This document shows positions 53,001 through 64,000 of a stretch of 64,000 nt of DNA, in pieces. The DNA is from Blasia pusilla (lineage: Eukaryota): positions 806,001-870,000 of the forward strand of contig CM114271.1 in assembly GCA_050084515.1 (NCBI GenBank), written 5' to 3'. The notes beneath the pieces are model-generated. The model was not told the DNA's origin, made no database searches, and saw only the letters and a list, made by a program, of their open reading frames with translations. The translations under genes were made by a program, and so were the position numbers. The first letter of the stretch is position 1, and every line of letters begins with the position of its first letter.

Positions 53001-56000
53001 CTGATTGTCATAAATTGCTCAAATGAATCTAAGGAAAAAGAGAGAAGGTTGAAGTGAACCTCAGAGGAAGTGAGAATCCAGTCTCATGCAGAGCTCTAAG
53101 GAGTGCTAGAGTCTCCTTCCTTGTTCTGCATTTGCTTGCAGCTCCAACAATACAAGTCCAGGTTACATAATTGGGTGCAATTCCCTCCACATGCATTTTT
53201 TTCAACTTTGAGACTGCTGCTTCGTGGTCACCTCCTTTCAGATATCCATCGATCAAAGATGTGTACTGTATCACGTCAACATCAACCCCTGCTTCAACCA
53301 TTTCCTTAAATACAGCTTCTGCCTCCTTTGGATTCCCACCCTTTCCATAAGAATCCATCAGCATATTTAGTGCGGTCGTGGTTGGTTCAAGTCCTACCTC
53401 TTTCATGTGTGTCACCAAATCATGACTCAGCTCAGATTTTCCAGCTCTTCGATAGACATCCAACATAATGTTGTAAATTGCCTCATTTGGTCGTATCCCA
53501 AGTTCTTGCATTTCCTCAAAACAGGCTGTAGCTGCTTCCCACATTTGGAGCTGTCCATATGCAGAGAGCAACATGGAGTAGGAAGCAAGATCAGGTGCTA
53601 AGCCGACATGTTTCATTTGTTGAAGCAGAGCGCGTGCTTCTTGAACAAGCAAACGCCGACTGTACACATGAATCAGAATATTGTATGTGACTTTGTCCGG
53701 AGAGAATCCAACAGCTTGCATACCCTGAAATACCTGAACTGCCTTTTTGAAACTTCCCACTTTACTATACAAACTAATCATGGCATTAAACACAAAAGTG
53801 TCTGGCTGAAATCCTGATTCCTGCATCTCCTTCAGCGTGCATTCTGCATCTTCTACACATCCTGTCTTGGAGAATAGTCCGATGAGGCTGGTGAATGCCC
53901 AAGCTGGTAATTCATAGCCCTTATTTCGGAGTTCCTGGTACATACATTTAGCCTTCACAATGCTACCATTCTTTACATAAAAATCAAGCATAATAAGACT
54001 GGTTTGCATATCCGTTGGTATTCCCAATTCTACAAGTAATTCATAGACTTCCTCAACTTCTGTGACTCTTTTTGCCATAAGAAGAGCTTTCAGCAAATCA
54101 TTGCCAGAGTTTGAACTAGGAGTCAATCCGTCTCTGATCATCTTCTTCAAAAGATCCTCAACTTGATGGCATTGACCATACCGGGCATACGCAAGCAGAA
54201 CCATATTGTAGTCTTTAAGGGTCACAGGGATACTGGACTCACTCAAATCTCTGAAAGTATTCTCTGATTTCTCCCACTGATATTGCTTTATATATGCTTT
54301 GATAAGAGAAATATGAAGAGTGGAATCTTTCAATGTACCATGATCATCCTTGATTCGTTGGAGTAGAATGTAACCTTCATCAGGATTTCCTAATCTACAG
54401 CAAGCCAAAATGGCACTTCTATAGCAAACAAAATCAGGTACAACACCTGCATCCTGCATCTCTCTCATTGTCTGCAAAGCTTCCTCCAACATTTCTGCCA
54501 GTTCATATGCCACAATCAAAGCTCTGAAAACGTTCAAACCAATGATGTGACCCGCATCTTTCATGGTACCCAATTCTTGCTTCACCTCCTCAAATTTCTC
54601 TGCCTTGGCAAGAATAATAATCAGTTGCTCACGGATTGGTTGTTTTCCTGGAGAGGATAGTGATGCAACTAGCAGTCTTGCATCTTCGAACCTGCGAAGT
54701 TTTGCGTAGGTAGTAAGCAGCAAGTTGATTGTTGGAGCATCTACACCGATACCTTGTGAAAGTGCTTCCCTGAGAGCCCTCTCAGCTGCATCACAAAGTC
54801 CGACCTTGGCAAATGTGGTGCATAAAGCTGCCGGATCAAATCCAAGGTGCTGCATATCTTGACTCAATTGCTCCATTTCGGCATTCAAACCTGCTCTTTT
54901 ATATACCGAGAGCATCAGGCCACACTGAGTTAGGCCAGGTTTATGACCTTTCATTACCATACTCTGATAAGTGGACAGGACTTTTCCTGCCTGACCAGTG
55001 TTCAAAAACACATCTAGCATAACTGAATAAGCAAGTTTGTCGGGTTGAATTCCTGCCTGGAGCATGATTTCAATTATATTTTCAGCCTTCTTGAACATCC
55101 TTGCTTTGACATACGCACAAATCATGGCACTAAATGTATTCAAAGAGGTTTTCAAGTTGGCTTCTGTCAGCTCTCTAAAAACCCTCTCTGCATCTTTCAC
55201 TAGCCCTGCCTTGCCAAGACAATCAATCAACACTGTGAAGGTGACTGTGTCTGGACAACATCTACTGTGTTTCATCTGCTCATACGTGTCAAGAGCCTTT
55301 TCGATGAGATTTTTCTTCCCGTACATGTGGATCATAGTATTGTACGTTATCTCATCGGCATTACGCCCAGCAACTGTCATTTGTTTGCGAATCGCTTCCA
55401 CGTCTTCCACCCGTCCCTTTTTTGCATATGCATAGAGCATGGAATTGTACGTGATCGCATCAGGAGAGAACCCTTTAGCCTTCATGCTCAAGTACACCTC
55501 CTCTGCAAATTCGTCCAATCCACACCTCCCATAGACAGAAATCATGGAATTGTAAGTCCAGATGTCTGCTTGACATTTCTGCTCTTTCATCTCCTCGTAC
55601 ACCTTCACGGCATCTTCATAGCAGAAACTCGAACTGCAAGCACCGATCAAAGTATTATAGGTTACTGTATCTGGGCGTAAACCAGCCTTCCATATCTCCC
55701 CCAACAACTCCATGGCCATTCCAGGCTTTAAACCCGCCCTAGCTCGGCCACTTATGAGTGTGTTGTAAGTAACCAAATCTCTCTCACACCCCCTTTCTAG
55801 CATAAGCTTCAGGACTACCTGCATTCTTTCCCAATTTCCGTGTCGAGCATACACACTCATCATGGCGTTGAATACCTGGACACAATCACCCAACTCAGGT
55901 TCAGCCCTCTGGAATATTTCCTCAGCCAGCTTCACTTGGTTTACTCTGCCCAGAACCCCCAAGATGGTCGAGAGCATCCGGTTGTTTGGTGTGTACCAGT

Positions 56001-56628
56001 GTTTCATATTCAACCATTCGAAAAGCTCCAATGCTCTTCTCCAGTGCGTATAGCCCACCTGCTTCACGAGAAAACAGTAATCTGTGGGAGCCATCTGCTC
56101 TGGCCATTTGTTCAAGAGATCAGCCACCGTCTGGTCCTGCTCCAACTCTAGCACTGCTTCAGAAAGTCTCTGCACTCTCTCTCTCCAATCCTTGGCCTTG
56201 AGAAGTGCCAACTTTGACACCTTCCTCCGCCTCTCCTTTCCAACCAGTAGCTGGTAATCTGAGCGTTTGGGAAGAGTGGAGCCCTCCCTGGCAACAGCCA
56301 CTGATGAATCTGCGGTTCTCGTGGGCGTAAACTGGAGTTGGGTTACACCTCTCTCTTCCTCGTCTCCTGTCCAGGGCCCAGTGAATTGCACGTGGGGTGC
56401 GGGTTCCACAGCTTCGAGTTTCGCACTCCCTGAGGATTTGAATGACACATCTGTGAGTTTCTGTTGCAAGTGAGGCCAGCGCACAGAGGGTGAGGCCCGG
56501 TCATAGATGAAAGCCTTTCTAGAATCAGCAGGAGAGGAAGGTGCAGTGGAGGTGATAGCATTGTCAATTGGTGGGTTTCCTAGGCTTGGTGTGGCGCAGG
56601 CGGAGGCTGTTCCGATACCCAGAATCAT
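50062..56628 (-). CDS. EMB1270-like: P-class pentatricopeptide repeat protein with C-terminal SMR-like region, EMB1270/At3g18110-like; exons 56628-53060, 52638-52438, 51015-50925, 50568-50062 (about 1455 aa)
   Basis: More than 20 PPR motifs; N-terminal AKDWRERV..MAPTDYCFLVKQVG..WRRALELFEWLN; C-terminal DWEADLCKLSPGAALVALTLWL..HLWEMGSPF..HSLGMWLKDSP. All three introns are GT-AG and frame-preserving (4368 nt total). Orthology is recalled from family knowledge, not searched. Confidence 0.9.
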
Positions 56629-57241
56629 GGCGCCGCTCTATCCCAGAACTTCACAACACTAACTCTCGAATTGCCTCCCCAGTAAATCCCTCCTGAGCCT
56701 GGCACCTCTAGGAAACGAGCTCCTTCTTCTCTGGACTTCAGAGACGAGCTCTCAAATACTTCATTTACGCTGCCATTCCCAGTGGCTACCCTCAAACTTC
56801 GTCAGTTTGCTCAAGAAATCGCCATCACAGACTCTCCTGTTGTGCAGCCCACCTCCTTCACCATGTGGTCCACCTCCAGCATGTTCTTCCTGTTTTTCCA
56901 TCGCCCGTCTGCGACATGAATCAGATCAATCTGCCCCCATCCGACGGAACTGAATTTGTAGCTTCCAGCCTGAAATGTGAGTTCATGACGTCGGTTCTCT
57001 CTCTCTCTCTTTCTCTCTCAATTCTTTTACAATTGTGTGAAAGCTGGAGAAGATCACCGACACCACCACAACCTGATTGGTCCTTATTTATCTCTGTCTG
57101 ATCTGAACTGCTGAACGCTTCATAAATCAAAGTCGCATGGCCCTTTTATAGGATTTAACTTAGGACAGCTATTTGGGTTAGCTTTCTTTGAAAACCTCGG
57201 AATTTTTTTTGTGATAGAGTCCTCATAGGCAATAAATCATT

Positions 57242-57243
<2 letters not shown>

Positions 57244-57278
<35 letters not shown>
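57244..57278. repeat. (TC)n microsatellite upstream of the PPR gene
   Basis: Direct inspection. Confidence 0.9.
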
Positions 57279-57281
<3 letters not shown>

Positions 57282-60200
57282 CTGTGTGTGCGCGAAGACT
57301 ACATGCGCAGATTGAAGAATCGAGAATTGCGAATCAAGAATTGAGATTAAAATAATTGACTTCTGGAAAGAGATCTCTCCATACTTCTCCGTCTCCATGT
57401 GCTCTCTCTTTCTCTCTCTCTCTTTCTCAGTCTCTCTCACTCAATATTTCAAGCTTGTCAGCGTCAGCGCACGACTCTCTCCATCTCTCTCTCGGTGAGT
57501 ATTCTCGTAGCGGATTTACAGCCGCAATACCATCCACTCATTCAATTGGGTGCCTCGATTCCGGTGGACGAATCCAATCCACAGGTTGCGATGGGAAGAA
57601 GGGGCCGTTTTGCGTCGTGGAAGTCGGGGATCCGCGATGGAATTGTTTAGGGGTTACAGCTATCCCGTCCGTTCAAATTTCGAGTTCCCGTAGTGAGAGA
57701 GTAGAGCGGGGGGCGGACGGGGTCCGCTTTACTCTCGCAGGAGGCGTCTCACACATACCTACAGGCCCTCCAATCCCGTGTCTGCTTTACGGAATTCATC
57801 CGTGGAGGGTCCGGAAGTACCTACCCGCTCCCATAGAAAGGGGTCGCGGGCCAATCCCATGTCCCGATCGGACCGAATCGGACGGCCTAAAAGCACCGAC
57901 GAGAATTTGCGATGAGTTTGAATTCGCGCCGTAGTGGATCAGAATTTCTAGATAAAACACTATTTTGAGTTTATTTTGAGTGCTAAAGCAAAATTAAAGG
58001 AAGAAAAAATAAATTACCAAATTAAAAAAAGAAGATATTAAAAAAATGCAAGTTTACTACATTGAGAATATAATATTAATAGGGAGGGAGTGGAGAGAGT
58101 AAAAAATAAATATTAACAAGTGTGCGCCCTGAACCATAAACCCTCCATCCCTCAACTATGGAATAGTTTTTTATCCTAAAAATATTGAAAAAATACTAAA
58201 AATATAAAAAGTGGATAATTTTAGGATCAAATGTGGTGTTGGCTATACAAGAACTCGTTCCTTCTTAAGAGGTGATGTGGCACAACTGAAAAATATTATT
58301 TAAAAAATCATACTATATTTGAGGTCGTAACAAGTAAACCATAAAAAATGGATAGGAGAATAAATGGATAAAATTGATAAATAGTATAATAAATCTTCAT
58401 CTTAAATCTTAATACCAAGGGAGAATTCGGAGGGTTAGCATACAAGTACTAAGAGGGAGTGGAGTAAATCCAAACGTAATCATTAAAGTGGCTCACATCT
58501 CCATTCATCTATGGTTGAGAAGTTCTTACAAAATAACTTGCATTGTGGAGCCTCTCTACAAATCAACTTAGCACCCATATACCGGCAAAATCATATGTGG
58601 CAATAGGAGAGAGAAAATTGATTAATATGTCCGAGTGGTAGGGGCCATAATTACAAAGGATTTCAAGATATTCGAGACAACAAACTTTGATGGGATGGGG
58701 TCACAAATATGTGACTTCCTTCCATAAGGTGTAGGACATGTACTAGTGAATATGTTGCTGGTAAATTCAAAAAATAAATACTATTATGAAAAACAATAGT
58801 TTGTTGCTAACTATCATGTGCCAAACATATGGATGTTTGGAAATTTTTAAAAATCACTCACCGATAATAGTATAGATATCCATGGATGTCGCTTGCAACG
58901 TTTTAGGTACCAAAGAAGGAGAGAGATGTAATTTCAATGATCTATACAAATTTGAAATCAATGACCAAAGCTCTTTGGATATAAAAGAGCCTTGAAAATT
59001 AGGGCACATGTATCTAATGATTATTTGCAATCAAAACCACTAGCAATGTGCACACGTGATGCGTATTTGATATGTTTTACAATATTTCAATTTAATAAGA
59101 TTTTAAAAGACATATTTTTCCATATAAAATTGGGTCTCTATGTTGAAAAAATATTTTTGGCGAAGATGCGAGTTATGATCAAAAGAAATTTACTAGGAAA
59201 AAACCATCCTCCAATATAGATTTGGTTATGAAGGTACAAGAGAGTGAAAATGGCTTGCCAGCATAAAATCTTAGTAAATTTGTGACAAAAACGGTATATG
59301 ACAACATAAGCATTGAGTGACCCTAGCCACATTACCATAGGAATACATATGAAATGTGAGGTAAATGGGAAGGTGGTCACATACCCACTTACGTCCCCTC
59401 TCATCTTGGACATAGTGCTAATGTTTGCACTAGTAAGATCCCATGCAAAGCATTGGGAAAATTGGATGTATTCCCTATGTGATGGCAGACATGATAAAAC
59501 ATAGTGCCTCGTGATAAATTCAAATTTTTAATTGTTAATCATCATTATAGATACAAACCCTCACGTAAACAAGGAGGTTTTTCCTTGCTTTGAAGAGGCA
59601 GTTATAATTCATATGGATTACTCATTGGATGCATCTACTCTTTGATATCATTATTCTATTTAACATACATTTTCTTCCTACTATGGTATGAGAATTTTTT
59701 TTAGTTCCACTAATACAAGATCTTTTACATCAAAGGCGAGAGGTAATATGCCCATGTCTTGCGTTAGTTTCTTACTTTTCTTATTTATTTTTAATATTCA
59801 CCTTCTTTGATTTATTATTTATTATATAGAACATGAATTCCAAATGTTTTATTAGACATCCATAAAATTTATCTTGCAATATTGAACATTCATTATTATC
59901 TTCAAGATCATGGAAAAAGTATTGCACACTTCCTTGACATACATCAACCAAACTTTAAAACTCACAATTCATCCATTTCACGTTTAGTGGGAGAAGCGCT
60001 CTTATACGATTGAGATATGCTTTTAGAATGCATTCAAGTAGGGAAGCTATCTTTCAAGATAGAAAAAAAGCTATTTGGAATGTTGTCTCCAATATTTTGA
60101 GGATGTTTAATATGATGCAACATCTTTCCTACGTGTATACCAATTATGCTATCTTAGTTCATATTTTTTATACTCAAGTTGAAGTACTTGTTGGTAATAG

Positions 60201-61398
60201 TACTTCTCATATTTCTTTGGCAACATTATTCTTCATTGATAGTCTAGGTGGAACAAACAAAACCATCTAGTATAACCTTTTTTTGATAAGGATTCGAAGT
60301 GAGGGTCGCGCAGTTCTTGTTGTTACTTACATCTTTGGGGATTTTTGTTTTACTATTTGATGGAGGTTGTATTGTATATTTGCGATTCAAGATCTCTATC
60401 TTAGCACACAAGGGTTCCGTTTGCCTGAAAATATAGATTCATGACTTATATCACATATGTTATTAATCTTCAATTATATTTATCATGAAAATATTCTTCT
60501 CACATACCAATTTTTTGTATATTCTTTAGCCTATGAATAAATAGTCATATGGTGGAACTTATACAAGAGGAAATATGATTATACATGATGGAACATCTAT
60601 GATCTATTGTAACATGTTTGGAGCTTGTCAATCATAGTTTCCAAGATATCATGGATCTGCAAGATTCTCACATATAACACTTGCCATTTAGGAAAAAGAT
60701 ATTTATAGCCTTATATGCATGCTTTTTTCCCCCTGGCTAGACAACTAGCCAATACATCACCCTAGTTTGTGTGTTTATGCACACCGTTCATTCACACATT
60801 TATTTTTTAAATGCACATTTTTCCTTCATGTGAACTGATATCGATGAAGTTATTCCTTCTCCTTCATACGAACTGATATAATACTAGTTCACTATTCTCT
60901 CTTTGTGTGACTACAAATTGGTTTGTGTTATTCTATATTTGAGATCCGAGATCCTAAATCTTGTTGTTGCCCATTCTTTCATATTTAGATGTGCCTTCTT
61001 TTTTATGTTTGTATTAGTAATACAAACCCTTTGTTGGGATGCTTATCACTTAAGATCTCCAAAGGAGCCACACATTTTGGGTATATTTGGTGATGACTTT
61101 GAATAACTATTTCCAAATGTTCATCATGGAGATTGTCTCACTATAGTGCTTGCCACTGTCACGTCTTTTAGGATAGATCGGTGAGATCTAATAGAGTGCC
61201 TTCGTGAGTAGTGGAGGACACGCTTAGTAGGTCACGGATGACCTGCTGAGACCCCAAGAAACCTGAGAGAGCAGGCGCCCGAGGCCCAGAAAAAGCATCA
61301 GGATTATGCCATTATTACGTAATGGCATAATGAAAAACTAAAAACCACGTGGAATGATTGCCAAAATATGCTTCCCCTTCGTTTCGGCTCATTTGGAG

Positions 61399-62498
61399 TC
61401 TGGCTCGTTGTAGGATCCGATCCCGCTCTCTAGCAGCCCCTGTGCTTGCGACGCTGCCAGTACGTAAATACTCCAAGACCACTCCATCGTCGTGAATGTC
61501 TCGGCCACTTTTTGTCTCCTCACCGGCCTCTGGATGTAAGGACTCTCCATCAGTCCTCGCCATCGAAGTCTCAACAATCTGGCTCTCCATAGCCAACAAG
61601 CCCAAAGAGGTTGACGCATGCCATCCTGGCACCAACTCCTCATTACTCTCATCATGCCAACGAGCTCCATTCGCATCTCGCTGACTCGGGCATGGGTTAC
61701 GGCTCAAACTATCTGCATCCTAGTTGAGCGTCCTAGGTCTATGCACCACCTGGAAGTCATACTCCTGCAACAAAAGAGCCCACCTCGCAAGCTTCACTGT
61801 AAGCTTGTCGAACTCCATCAACCACTTAAGTGGCTGATGATTAGTAATGATGGTAAAGAGATTTCCAAATAGATAACATCTGAAATGTGCGATAGCCCAC
61901 ACTGCAGCCAAGCACTCACCCTCATACAAGCTATACTTCGCCTCTAAAGCGTTGTTCGAGCGACTAGAGTAAGCCACCACCAACTCTCTACCATCATCGT
62001 CATGTTGGGTGAGCACGGCTCCAAACCCCAACATGCTCCAATCGGTATGCAACTAGAAAGGACGCCACTAGTACAAAAACTCCTTCCCGTGAGGATGAAT
62101 GCCCCAAAATGTCATCTTCTGCCTGTCCTCCAATCTGATAGGCAGCTGATGGTATGCGGCTTGCCAATCCAACGAACTGAAGACCATTGCATACCCAATC
62201 GCATCAAAGATCTCCTCAAGGGTGGGCATGGCATACCTATCGGACTTCATCTGCCAATTGATAGGTCGGTAATCTCCACACATCCGTCTATCCGTCTAGT
62301 TGCCATGCACATCCTTCTTGGCGGGCATGGCAGTGGCAGATGCATACTCTCCATGCGACATCTCCACTAGTCTTGCTCCAACCAAGTCATGGCTCCTATT
62401 GTGAATCAGAGCCCTCTCCATGTCACTATACCTGTAGGGTTGTCGGAAGATTGGCGTGTCACTCGATAACTCAATGCAGATCCCTACACCCTTCAGTG
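61399..62498 (-). pseudogene. pol: Inverted pol fragment (RT N-terminus, RNase H, linker towards integrase) inside the LTR
   Basis: PIFRQPYRYS, MCGDYRPIN..YAMPTLEEIFD, YHQLP, HTDWS, YEGECLAAVWAIAHFRCYL and ARWALLLQEYDF motifs. Confidence 0.9.
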
Positions 62499-62791
62499 GC
62501 CATATTGAGGAACTTACTACTTTAGGTAAGTACCATTTTGAGTATATGATCGACTTACTATTTTTGGTAAGTGGCCCTTGACCTCCTACATCAGGTCAAG
62601 AGCCAAGGAGGTGACGTGGGAGAATAGGTTACCATGGAGAGAGCTTGGGAGAGGGGAGGGGTATACCTCAAGGAGAGAGAGCTTGAGAGCTCATTCTCTC
62701 TTTGTTGAACCTCTTGGCATGAGGCGGCGGAGTTATGGTCCCTTGCCTTGTGAGTGTAACCCGAGCCTCTCATTAGGAGAGTGGGTTCGGT

Positions 62792-63290
62792 GCGCGTCTC
62801 ACTACGACATGTGGCGCAATTACGCCTATGTTTTCTTGACTTATTGCCTGTGTCCGCAGTACAGGGGTACCAAAGTTCCCTACCGAGGGATATTTTGTTG
62901 TTGGGGGCGCTGGACTTAGAGCGGGTAGGGACCATTGATTTGGTCATTGTCGGTTGGCCATGTCAGGGCCAATCGAGTGTTGGACGAGGCAGCGGGTTGG
63001 CTGACACTCGGTCTTGGTTGTTTTGGGAGATGTTGAGGGTCTTACGGCAGTTGCAGGAGCACCAGTCTCGTTCTCCATCCTACATTCTGGAGAATGTGCC
63101 GATCTTAGGAGACTCCAGGTCACGGGTCGTGACGAGTGCTCATCAGGTGCTCGCATGGATCGGCCCAGCAGTGTTCTTGGATGCGGCGAGTGTAGGTTCT
63201 AGAGCCCATTGCCCGCGTCTATGATGGACCAACTTGGTGCCCCATGCGGTGTTATGGAGGGCGTATGCGAGAGTGGAACGCCCCTCCCCT
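62792..63290 (+). pseudogene. DNMT catalytic-core fragment (motifs III-VIII) inserted inside the LTR
   Basis: RDI..IDLVIVGWPCQG (Cys codon 62961-62963)..YILENV (63090-63098)..DAASVGSRAHCPRL*WTNL. Homologous to about 1630-2125. Confidence 0.92.
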
Positions 63291-64000
63291 TTGTTGACAT
63301 GAGAGAGAGTGCACACCTTTGAGAGCTATGGTGTGAGATGGTGTAGAGAGAGATTGGATCTTACTTTACAAAGAGAGAATGAGCTCTCAAGCTCTCTCTC
63401 CCCATACCCCATGCTGATGCTCTCGGGAGCACCATGTAGCTTGCTGATTTGTATTTTTACAGATGTTACATTTTCGTTGGGAGAAATCAGCGCGGGAGCG
63501 CTGCCGAATTTTGTGTAGGAGAAAGAGACATTGGGCTTTACGACATTCCCTCTCAGTTTTTACTGAAATGTCTGATATTTTTTTGTGCTGGCGTAGATCG
63601 TGAAACTGTGCACGTTGTGCAACAAATAGTGCGCAATTTGGAGTTGCGAGCAAAAAGTTATGGTCAATCTTGTAAAGCTGCCATTGCTAGGTGATTTTTA
63701 GGGTTAAATTGTGCAAACCCTAAATCAGCCGCCACACCGGCGGCGGCCGTCGCCATCATAGTCACCGTCAACGGTCAACCGTCACCGTCGACGGTCAACT
63801 GTCACCGTCACCATCAGCGGTCAACCGTCACTGTCAACGGTCCACCGTCCATTGTCCACCCTTTGGGTGCCATTGCCGCCATTACGGAGTGGAGGGTCTT
63901 CCACGACGTTCGTTGATTCCTTGACTTGCGTCGCCACCACGTACTTTGTTTTGGCCGTCACTGTCATCGCAGTTTCTTCATCAACCAGTGATGGCAGATG

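Larger units (their letters stand above)
61157..64000 (+). mobile_element. Rearranged copy of the DNMT-Gypsy family: an LTR interrupted by three inserts (runs off the right edge)
   Basis: LTR segments 61157-61275, 61372-61398, 62499-62791 and about 63291-64000 match 6176 down to about 4800 in order. Confidence 0.9.

Noticed and set aside
58200-61100. Possible decayed transposase remnants
   Set aside because: No motif could be identified with confidence.

Overview
Repeat-rich eukaryotic nuclear DNA from a land plant (probably a non-seed plant; this is inference only). There are two intact spliced host genes, both on the minus strand: an LRR receptor-like kinase (2 exons, about 1091 aa) and a chloroplast-type P-class PPR protein resembling Arabidopsis EMB1270/At3g18110 (4 exons, about 1455 aa). 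Most of the remainder is transposon-derived. The most notable element is a Ty3/Gypsy LTR retrotransposon family carrying a C5 cytosine DNA methyltransferase domain between protease and reverse transcriptase (gag-PR-DNMT-RT-RNaseH, 1-6176, minus strand). A second, rearranged copy at 61157-64000 has pol and DNMT fragments inserted into its own LTR, and two further LTR remnants of the family are present. Also present are a decayed Helentron/Helitron2-type RepHel with a candidate spliced cargo gene, several short canonical non-autonomous Helitrons, a hAT transposase element with a non-autonomous partner sharing its TIRs, hAT-type MITEs with 8-bp TSDs, a 5'-truncated RLE-type (CRE-like) non-LTR retrotransposon with a 17-bp TSD, and long fold-back hairpins. 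All calls come from reading the sequence by eye; no database searches were run.
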